Assembly (NCBI GenBank): GCA_002633005.1
Contig: NMRA01001032.1
Coordinates: 2,899 to 66,898, forward strand
Source of the DNA: Phoronis australis
Lineage: Eukaryota > Animalia > Phoronida
Direction: 5' to 3'
Length of the DNA: 64,000 nucleotides
Within the stretch, counting starts at the first letter, position 1. Each line of letters opens with the position of its first letter. The notes beneath the pieces were generated by a model. It made no database searches. It was not told the DNA's origin and worked only from the letters and a program-made list of their open reading frames with translations. Position numbers and translations under genes: made by a program. Of the stretch, positions 13,201-25,200 are shown piece by piece.

Positions 13201-16200
13201 AAAATGAACAGGAACTTGGTCTTTAGGTTAGGGGCCTTGCATGAAAAGATGCCTATTTATTTTCGAGACTATCATATCGAGAATTCAACGGAGGGTTTGC
13301 GATCAGTTTGTATCATAAGCAAAAGCAGAATTAGTAACGAAAATCCACAGTAAAGCAAATACACTATTTTCACAAGTCCACAAATGTGTAGAAAACTTAA
13401 TGTGCTGGACGAGTGGTCCCTATTTACGTAATCAGCCCATAATGTCTGCACTTCGCAAGGTTTTCACATTCTTTAGTACGATCGCAATGTGATGTCGAAA
13501 GCTATCTTTAAATTCAGAGTAACAAAATAACAAAATAAACATTCTCAAATTACTGATACAATCTGTTATTTGAAACATAAAAGAACTAAACAAATGTTTT
13601 ATACGCTACTGAATGAAGCGGGCCCCCAGTAATTGCAATAATGTCTTTGAGCCTCCAATATTATAAACGGTCCAGTGAACTGACGTGTCATTTTTGATCG
13701 CGTACGTAACACAGAGTGTCGAATAAACATACAGATGCAGCTGCTGTGGTTTCCAACATGGGGTTATGTATGGGGAGTGTCGACGCATACTGGACCCACC
13801 GCTACCGATTAAAGTCCATAAAATACCGTATTTGGTATTGGTAATACTTCTTAGCAATAGTGAAGACAAGCATGAAGCGCATTTGCTGCAATTTATTTTA
13901 CAGAATAAGCTGCAGTGTCTTCCAGCAGTACAAACTTCGCACTGATGAAGACTATAATCCGACTGAGGAAGCTCGCGCCAATCGCGCCTCTCAAACAGCA
14001 CGCGGGAGTAGTTTCACTGGCTACTACAAAGAAAACGCCAAGAAACCTTATCTGGCTATATCTGCACCAGTAACAGGTACAGTACCGATTTTGTCCTCCG
14101 CTGCGCCTTCATGACGCTCCGTTCGTATCGTACTTCCAACGATGTTGTTGAGTAGCGGGGAGGGCATATATGCAGTTTTGTAAAAATTGAGTACTTTGTG
14201 ACAGATTTTTGCAATTTAGTACACTGTCAGGTATAAGAAAAGAAGATTTAAAAAACAAAGTGTTCTGACTCCCTGGTGATCGCTAGGCACAAAATTCAAT
14301 GTGGTTGCCGCCAGAATGGAAGTTGGCGTATTTCGGCTATTATTATCACTAGAACAAATTATGTCATGTTTTCAATATTTTTGGGGGCGGGGAGTTCATT
14401 TCTGGAGTTCAGTTTAAGTTTTGAGGTCAATTCAAATGCAAAGTGATAATCTCAAGGCAAATGTCATTCACAAATAACTCAAACTTATGTTTGTTCTCAT
14501 AGACGTTACATCGTTTATTTAATGGGTATATCGATTTGATTGGCTACACAAAATCCTAAAATTACCATTTTTCAAAACCAGATTTGCACAGCATAGAACT
14601 TTATTTAGCTGACTGTGAAAATACTTGTAGATTGAGACATGTAGAAACATCCTCCTTCACTTATAAAAATGGCACATGTGTTACTACTGGGAAGAGTAGG
14701 GAATTTCTTTCTCGTCAGTGGCTGTATCGCCTATATCTCTTAAAGATCTTCTTAAATCGGAATGGTTTATTTTAAGGAACGTGACAACGAATGACAACGG
14801 CTTCCAAACGGATCCAATTACCGCTGTGCCTCCTAGTGGTAATTTAACTACCTGCGTTTTCCTTCTTGTCTTAATGTGTATCCATTGACGGACATTTCTG
14901 AAACAGCAAATTGATTTCTATAAAAGAATCAATGACACGTTTCTATTCTCGGAAGGGTTGAAGATATTGTATGCTATTCAGTGGCCATAATGATTATTTG
15001 CCACTCTGTTTGCGTTATCAGCCAAATAACACTAAAGATTATGTGTTCCAAATGGGACGAAGACGTTTGACTGGGTCCAATATCTGTGTCTCCCTCTTGT
15101 GGCAATTAATTTTTCAACGGTTGAATATAAGCTCTTGATGGGTTTAAAGGAATTTTTGGGAATTAAGTTATAATGATTCAGACAACAGCATCGGTCATGT
15201 TTCAGATGGATTTGACCTAGCTTGTTTCCCCTTGTGAACTTCCTTCTGTTTTCTTGTTTTTGTTTTCTTTGTCGTCTGCTTTTCCCTGTCCTCCAAACGT
15301 TTTGAAAATCATGTTGAAACGTGGCAGGTGTGTTTCTATTCTGAACTGCTTTGCACCCCCTAGAAGTTATTTCTAAGTTAACGAGCATTGGCCCGTTTAA
15401 GTCGGAATTTTTTAAAATGATGACGCAATGCACACCGAGGGGTTCATTTCAACGTTCTGCAGTTGCAAATAAAACGTTGCAAAGATGTTCATCAGGCTCA
15501 CCTTCACACAAGAGTAATCTTTAGCAAATGATATAGAAGCCGTTAAAGTATGCGATTCCCGAGGCGGCGGGGGCCAATTTGGTTCCCCTTTGACAAACAC
15601 ATATCTGGTTACAGGTTGGGACGCTTTGTTGGCGAATGCGATCTTATAGAGTTGCCCAGGACTCCGTGATATTTCCAGCAGGCGGCATTACTGTTTGTAG
15701 CAGAAGAACTGCAGCAGTTTGGGTCTTTTAGGGTTATCCGATTCTGAGCCATTTTACCCGCGGAAGTTACAACATTTCCTTTATTCGTTAGTCAGCACTA
15801 AAATAATGAGCAGACGCTCTTCATTTTTGGAGTTAATATAATCGGCTTCCAGTGGCCGCATTTGATTGAAAACCGTAACAAACATTAGAAGGCACTAGAC
15901 ATTAGGTTTTGCCTGACCGTGCACACACCACTGGACTTACGGTCTTTCGTCCACTCTGAGGAGATTTGTATGAGCAGAATAAAAGGCTGCTGGATATTTC
16001 AGGTCAGAAGTGCCACACATGGCAGAATGAACTTCATTCTGTCTCATTTTTGCTCCGCTCGCTTCCACCGATCAGCAAGTCAAACTGAAAATTCGGTGGC
16101 ATAAAACGCAAAATTGACACTTATCAACTCAAAGCCACCACTTCTTCTACAACGTACAACAAGCGATTGAAGTACTGCTTCCTATATGCTGGCGTATGTT

Positions 16201-19200
16201 AGTGATAAATTTGAGCTGTGCATAACTGTGAAAATAACAAAAAAAAATTGCGGGTTATTGCCAGGATAAAAACACGTTTTATTATTTCCTGATTAAGATT
16301 GATGTTTGAGATGCAACTCCTGAAAATCTCTATTATTTCTGATAAAATGGCATGTTGTGGGAGTCTATTCCAGAGTAAAACAGTAAATGGGAAGAACGAG
16401 TTTGCGTAGTATACAGTGGGAATGTGTGTTCTTTCAAAGGTATGAGAGTGGGCATTGCGTGATCTAGAAATATTTAGGGGTCTAGGGTATGTGTTAGGAA
16501 TGGCAACCAGTGTGTACACTGCCTTGTACATGTGAAACCGTTTCTTTTGAGCACGTCTTTCTTGAAGAGTGGGCTAGGTGCGAGTGGTGAGCATAGACGT
16601 AACAAATCAGCTCTGGAGTGATCATAATGGATGAACCTGGCTGCTGAACGCTATATTCTTTCTATCTTGCCAATATTGGAGCGTGTGGAGGAATACCAGA
16701 GGAGTGATAATCAACTGTGCGCCTCATCAATGAAGTGTAGGCCAAGGTGTTTGTTTCACGAAGTGCACATTTGAGGTTCCGCTTAATGAAGCCAAGAGTT
16801 TGTTTGCCTTAGAGATGATTGCGTCTATTTGAGTGTTCCATATTGAATTATTGGTAAGAAAGAGCCCAAGGTAGGGTGCATGCGAGTGGTGAGATGTGAA
16901 GACTGTGGCAGTATATCCTGGGGTAAAGTTTTCTATGGACACGTAGAATATTGCATTGGAAAACGACGAGATCCGATTTCCAGGATTTTCCCGGTAGGCT
17001 AGGAAGTCTAAATCTTTTTGATATTTTTTGCAAAAATGGGGGAAGCAATACGTCTTTAGAGGATTGAATCATCGAAAAAGACACGGACGTATGAAACAAT
17101 GGAATCAGGAAGGTATTTAATATATAGTATGAGGAGTGCAAGACCAAAGGCAGAACCCTGGGGCACCCCTGACTGAACTGGAAAGGAATTTGAGAACTTG
17201 CCATTGACGACGACACTTCCTTGTGGATGCTCGAGACACGACAAATATACTTCTATAGATTGCACACGTGTGGTCCAAAGTGCTTACATCCGTCTAGGTT
17301 TTATGAAATTCTGGATTACTTGAGGGCTGTTCGAAATCGCAGCAGATTAATCAGTCGCTTATCAACAGTGTAACAATGGTAGAAGGAGTTGCCGTTTTAA
17401 AGAAAAGTTTATATGCTGGCGAAGTAGTGGACTTACAACATGGTCGTAACTACCAACAAACCACAATCACTTAACCTATTTGCAATGTATACCATAAAAC
17501 TGCCGCCAAATTCTATTATGTGCAAGGTAGTCGTGGCTTGTGTACCACCTCATTAATTTAGAGAGTGTCCAATAGACTTTAGGGATATATACGCACTAAG
17601 TACAGTTCGGAATACGCATTGGAAAATTGTAATCAATTTCCACACCATATTGGATTAGTACGCTCTTGCTCCGATTTTGCCTGAAATTCACCCTAGGCCG
17701 GGTTTCTTTGAAGAGGCTGAGTGAAAACCAAACATGGTGGTACTTTTGATTTAGTCAGCAAGTCGTTCAATGACTGAAAATTTGTTCAGACTTGTTTGGC
17801 TATTGTCATCCCGAAATTCGCACCTGAAGGCAATTGAGGTCTCTGACAAGGACGACTTTTGTTCTTCATTATAAAGCTCATGAGTTGAGGAAATTTCTAT
17901 TGCTCGAAAGCTACATTTGATATGTATGAGGTAGCCCACTGCCAACTCCATGTTCTGATATGATGTATACATCTCTTCCGGCTTATAATTTTCTATCTAT
18001 CATTAACCCTACATGAAATTGTTACTGCATGTGTAGAGATCCTGTTCAACGAAGAGCGCAAAGCCATTGGAGTGACCTTCTGGGACGAAGAAAATGGGCA
18101 GACTAAAAAGGCATTCGTCCGTAAAGAAGTCATCGTTGGTGCGGGCTCTTTCGATACACCACATTTACTTCAGGTACACTTGATATTTACATATAAGCTC
18201 ATGCATTTCATGTTTTAATAACAATAACAATAACAATAACAATAACAATAATAATAATAATGTTTATTGTACATCTTAGGCTTTGCCTACTCATACATAT
18301 ATACATAAATTCAAACATATATTCAGAATATTTGCACGGAGAGCAGTTCTTCTCTTAAAGCCATAGCCCTCTGAATATACAATGCGAGGCGCTGGATGCT
18401 GTCATGATTTTTCTGTTGGAATAACCTAACAAGAGAGTAGTTAACACTGACAAGCTCTGGAAGAAGATTTCGTGTAAGCACTTCAAGAACAGGGCATCGA
18501 CACATGAAATGAGGCCCATCTTCAATTTCACCCAGACAGCCTATGCCGCATATTCTCTCACCTCTAGGAATACCCATATGTCTCCCTTTCTCTATATTAA
18601 GTGAGTGAAGTGAACACCGAAATTGCGCAAGTATTTTTCTTGAATAAGCGCTTAAACAATTCACATATTGCTCGCTGACAAGATCACGTTTAATAAGACT
18701 ATAAAATTCATATTTATTTGAGCTATCTATTTCCAGTTGTCATTCCTGTACGCCATAATCCAGTAATCTCTGATTAAATACCATAATAAACTCAGCACTA
18801 TTGCCTGGGCCAAATAACCACACTTCTCCATAGCCGTACCTATACAAAATTTCTTTGACACGGTGTGCCCAGTTACAATTACCATTTTCACTTTGTTCCC
18901 TTAGCATACTATAACATTTCAGTGGGTACCTATGTTCTTCCATATCCAGAAATTTTGTCCAATTGATGATTGGTTTACACATATAGTTTGTAATTAACAA
19001 TTGTCTCCCACATTCACCACGAGCCATAGCATTTGGCGTTTTAATACTCAATCTCAGAACATATTTACAGAAATCATTATGAACTTTTTTTAATAAATTC
19101 ACGCATTGATGTTTCTCATATTTCTGCACCATATGTTAACATGGGCATTATCATAGAGTCAAAGAGTTTAAAATGCACTCCATGGGAAATACAGTTAAGT

Positions 19201-22200
19201 TTTGACAGAGTGGCTTTAATAACGTTCATTGCTTTTCGAGCTTGGCTTGCAAGTACTCTACAACACTCTGTCCATTTAAGTCTGCAGGAGAATGTGACTC
19301 CTAGGTACTTGTACTACGATTTGGTATCTACTTTCTTATCGCCAAAACCCACCTTTCATTACTTGAAAGTATGCTCCCTCGCTTAAATACCACAACATTC
19401 GTTTTATCCAAATTAACTTGCAAATTCCAGTCTCGACGAAACTTTTCGAGGACATTGAGCTTCATCTGTAGCCCAGCAACGGTATTCGACACCAGCACTA
19501 AATCATCAGCAAAAAACAAAGAACCTATTTCACAACCCTGAGAGACACGTATACCTCTGCCTACATTTTCTCTAATATCTGACACTAATGTGCTAACAAA
19601 CACCGAGAACAGCCTGGCATTAAAACACATCCTTGCCGGACACGAACTGTACAGTTGAAATATGGTGTGGTCTGGGACTGTACCATAACACACGATTGTA
19701 TAGAGTCGTATGTACTGCGCAAAATGTTAAATATTTTTCCATGCAAACCTTTGGTTAAAAAGGCATAAAATAAACGGGAAATATCTACACTATCAAATGC
19801 CTTACTAAAATCAACGAATGCACAATATACTTTCCCATTCCGTTTAGTGACATGTTTCTGGAAGATACACTGTAGGTTAAAAATGTTATCGATTGTAGAA
19901 TACCCAGTCCTAAAGCCTGCTTGTTCTTCCGGGATACATTTCGTATTATTCGACCATTCAATTATACGAGAATAAAGAATAGTTGTAAAATTTTTATTAA
20001 TACTATCTATAACGGAGATCCCTCTGTGGATTAAATATGTCTCCTTCTTTGATACTTTTTGACCATTGGGATGGATAATGCCCGGTATGTACATGTATTA
20101 TGACGTATGACATTTCACGAGTAAACTATTTTTCATCCACTATCATGTGCTCTTTTATAGTTTTATTTCAGTGTTCATAATGCTTACAATTGATTGACTT
20201 CGCCGACATTGTTGGGTCAACCAGCCAAGACATCTCAAAGGCTTTTGGTGACGACTTCCTGCTAACAAACCAATCAGATGCTGGTTGACCTTACAAAACC
20301 GGCGAAGTCAATCAAGTGTAGCCAAATCTTTTAAATATCCCGTGAAAGACAGAAGCAACCAAGAGTTTTCATATATGCAGATGACGACGTAAAACTGATT
20401 TAAAGAAAATCCTCCAGAAGCACTTCCTGAAAATGTAGGCCCGATTATGCGTGCCTGTTGTTACCGAGGTTGGAATTGACAGTTTGCAATCTAACGAATA
20501 AGCCTAGTATACTAATTATTATATTGTTGATAGAACAGATGTTAAGTAAGTAGTAAACCAACCAACCAACCATCTAACCCATTTACCAGCCAACCAACCA
20601 TGCCAGCCAACGAACAACTGACGAAGCAACCAACCGAAGGACATTATACGTTTCCTTCGTACATTCCGTGTTATGAAAATCTTTCGATTGAAACTTGCCT
20701 GAAATACATAAATTTTGCTGCAGGTGAGCGGAGTCGGGCCTAAAGAGCTTCTCAAAGATATCGGCGTAGACCTTGTTGCTGAGAACAAGCATGTGGGCCA
20801 GCATTTATGGGACCATATCTCGGTACCGTACGTTCTAAAACTTAGTTCAGCCTCCGATGACTTATGCTGCGGCACTCCACCAAAAGTTGACATTGACGGT
20901 ACCGAATACAATACAGGGGATTTGGCCAGCATCAACGGTCCATTTTCCTGGATTTTGCATTATCGTTCTAACGTTTCCCGTGTTCCCGCTTCGATGTCCG
21001 ACATCCAGCTGTATGTGATGGGAAACTCCAAGCTATTTGACGAGACAGGTAATGTTATGACGATCTACAACAACGAGTCTAAAGGTCAAGACTGGGATTG
21101 TGTCCCTGTAATTTGTTGCTTAATACTGTAGCAGTCTAAATCACCTTCATATTATTTGGGAATCTTCTCATTCAAGTCTCTATAGTTCGGTGACACCTCT
21201 TTGTTTACACAAACTTCGTTGAAACACGTCTAGACGTTTTGTTTGAAAGCTTGATACTGGTTCTGTCTTAGTGTCAGAGTAATATCCTTTCTTCAGGTCT
21301 GCAGCTATGTAGTTAAACACCGAGAGACATAACAAACAAACAAACAAACAAATTAAAACACAAGCTATGTTTTGAGACTGCAGTTATCATTATCAGGAAA
21401 TAAGTTGAATGATCATATACATACCGCAATAGACAGTGAAATACACGTGACAGCGGGAAGAGGGTCATACAAGCAGAGAGTGTGAATGCAACACAATGTA
21501 GGACGCCCGCAACCCTATAGAAACAGAGCCAGAGTGCTCATTCAACACAGTTTTTTTGACTGATCAATAGTGATTCAGGGGACAGATACCTTGTGAGTCT
21601 GCTGCTGTGTGGAGACAATAATTCATCGTCTCAGAAGTGTCATAACTAGGTTAAACTCCTCTTTGGAAACGACGCGCTTACAATAATTATTTTGTCGTCG
21701 TTTGATTGGTTGATCTAATCACACTGCCCTGACACCTTGTGGGCAACAAAATATTTCAGGCTTTCTTTTCTCCAACATTGAAATTAAAATTCTTAATGAA
21801 AATGAAATTGTATTCTTGAACACTTTGTTCATTGGACTGGATAATGAATTACCCAAAGTTCTTATATCACCTCACGCCCTGAGGTAGCCGCGGACATGTA
21901 AGATAGGGGACATGTGTCCAATGATTGTCCATCTGGCCGTCTTTTGACGTTAGTCTTCATACAGCTAGCTGAGTGGTTACCACTACATGTAAGTGTGATC
22001 CTCACTATTTGGTATACACCTTTGTTGCTCCATAAAATAAATGGATATCGTTTCATTCAATTATTCATCCCCACATTCATTCATTATCCGTGCTTTCTCT
22101 CACTTATTAAGACATTCATTCATTCATTCGTTCGTTGTTCACAGGTGCGCTATGCACAGCTGACCCTCCTGAATACGAAGATGATGCACAAAACAAGCAA

Positions 22201-25200
22201 TACGAGGACTCCAGCGATACACTCGAAGGTATATCCAAATTTCGTCAATTTCTTGACCAAGATATTTTACTAACAGGTGTATTGAGTGAAGACGAGACAT
22301 GAGCAGTTTCGAAATATAACCGTCCTTTATAATATCTCTTGGTGATCTATTCTTGCTGACAAATATGCCAGAAGTTTGCACGAGTCTCTGCCAAATCAAT
22401 GAATAGAACTCTCCGTAAACAAGGTTATACATGTAAATATTGAATTGAATTCCAAGTCCCACGCGAAACCCATACATTCTAGCATTAAGGCTTGCTTTCC
22501 AGAGATTTCACATGACTAACATTGGGAATAGCTGGTTGTCCACTCGGATTAGTTTTGATTGATATCTTTTCAGTTTCAGTCTGAGAGTCACTTTTGACAA
22601 CCTATAAAACTGTATATTACGAGTTTTTCAACAAGGCATATTTGGGTGCTAAAATGATATTTTTGTCTAAGAAATATTGGTTATGTAATTAATAAAGATA
22701 GTTCCATCGAAGTTAACCAAAATTTATGCACATGTACTTTTAAATCCTGAGTGTCAAACTTGTTTACATGTACTTTTGATATCTACGTGTATTTTTAGAT
22801 GATGCTTACCTCTTCTGGTCTATGGTCAGTGTCCTGTAAGGCTTCTAAAAATTCTGATATCATATTGTAACCACCAATGATATGAATAGATAAGATCATG
22901 TGGTTTTTATTAGCTAATTAGCTAATTGTTGACTGAGTACATCGTTATAATTTGGCAGAAGTCGGGTGTTGCAGCACCTGTAGTCTGTCGTTAACAGAAA
23001 ACGTTGTTTTTGTGTGTTGCGGCGAACATTTTACCCCGATGATGTGGAATAGAACCAGATGTCCCACTTTTAATACAGATGTTCTGCTTTTCAATCAAGT
23101 TGTCCCGTTTTCTCATTCTCGAATGCTGATAGTTATGCAACTGGTGTTCCAAATAACAGTATCTCTTTCTTATGAATGTTTGATTTTCCAGAAGCCATTT
23201 TCCTTAGTAATATAACAATTATAAAAATATTTTCCAATGTCTCTTGTTCATTGTAACACACCTCACTAATTTTAATTATTGAAAAATGGGTTTATTCCTA
23301 GATTTCGCTTTAATGTAATGAGCTATCCACGTGCTTCAAATCTACAAAAACATGTTTTGCCATGTTTATCTTTCGGTAAACCCTTATCCCCATATTTCGG
23401 ATAGATAATTAGGGTATTTGGTTTATCACGGTTTTTGTACATGTAAGTGTCATTGAACACTGATTTTTACTAAAAAATGTAGATGTATCAAACGGATGAA
23501 TGCCTGACTAAATTCTTCACAGCAACTCTGAGACATTCATTGTCTAAAACCATTGTCTTTCTCCGGTAGCAATCCTTTGAATCTGATGGCTTAATTAGTT
23601 ATTTATGTAATGTCTACCTCTGTATCATTTTCTTTTTTATCACATCCCAAATTCGTTGACATTTCAAGCTAATTAGTTGATTGTTAGATAAATAATGAGT
23701 CAATTAGTGCATGCAAAATAAAATTTGTATATGAAATTAATTTCTTATCTTTTGTTTCTAGTATAATCATACACCATCGAGAGTTCATGGAGGACTTTTT
23801 AATATGACTCTGATGCAATGCGCTTGAAAGCAATTCGGTGAAAAACGGAAGATTTGCGAAAAGTTTTACTATAGTAAATTTTTCACTTTCCCATTGCCTT
23901 AGTGTGATGAAAAAAGACATTCCATTCCTAGAGTTCTACGATAACTTTAAAACAATGTGTATACCTGTGAGAAAAATATCATTTTGCTTTCTGATATTGA
24001 CTTCTTTAGGTACTATTCGTATCATCGATCAGTGGCCTGAGTATCGCGGCCATGTCAAAGCAGTCACTTCACACATATTTGACAAGCCGGAGATAGAGTA
24101 TGGCTGGGGATACACTGAAGATGGGGTACCGACAGAAGAGTTCAAGAAGGTCTCCAAGCTTGTCCGAGATCAAATTCGCCTGTTGCGCAACATGTTCTTT
24201 GGAAAAAACGTCAGCAAAGAGTTAAAAGAACTGGTTTTAGACGAAGTTGCACCAGGGCTGGATATAGATACGGACGATAAGTTGGACGCATGGATGCGTG
24301 GAATGCTGGTGTCTGCACTTCACCCTGTCGGTACATGCAAAATGCCAGACTGTGCTGATGAGTTTCTACAAGTAAGAGGAGTTTCCAATCTCAGAGTGTG
24401 TGATGCCTCAGCCTTCGCAACACAAACCGACGGAAATCCAGCCGCTACTCTATTCGCTATGGGCGAAAAACTGGCAGACATGCTCAAGTTCCAATATCTG
24501 AAATACGTAAACGTGGCAGTTCGTAAAGAATTAGCGATTCCAAGAGATAAGAATACCTTCAATTCCGAACTACCCCCCGGACATGCTGCAGTTGACATGG
24601 GTCCAGTGAAGTCAGCTTCAAATTGTATGGACGTATCAGTGTCCTCTGAATGGATTTCAACAGGAAAGGGTACTTCAGCTTTGATTGTCAAATGGTCTTT
24701 GGTATGCGTCAAGGACACCAATGAGCGTCAGATTGCAGACTTAGTAGCTATGGCTACATTGGGAACTGATCCAAGAGACGGTTGCAATGCTCAAGGTTAT
24801 CCAAAGTTCAACAGACCAGAAGCGACTCCCGATCCAAGAGAGCCAAGCCCAAAGCATAAAATATCACGTCACGTTTTTGCCGTGTGGTGCCAATCGTTCC
24901 CTGGTGTGGATCCCGATACACTATGGACACAAGCTGGTTCGTGGAACGGAGAAGGTGGCAGGTATGTGCTCAGACAATTTAGCTGAAATGGTATACTATA
25001 TGTAAAGCAACATGAATTTTAATATGTATATAGGTTGGTCAAGCGCATGCAGGACCAGAGCGACAAGTCTCATGCTGTTTTACAATACATTTACCTATAA
25101 ATAATTACCATAATCTACTTGGAAATAAAAGAAGTCTGTGATACTTATTATAGAAGACAAGAATCCAAACATAATATTTCTGTACGTCACCTGTTTCTTA

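Noticed and set aside
23838-24986. 382-aa ORF as a stand-alone gene ending at 24986
   Set aside because: Its first ~57 codons are intronic, and a strong phase-matched donor at 24961 precedes the stop.
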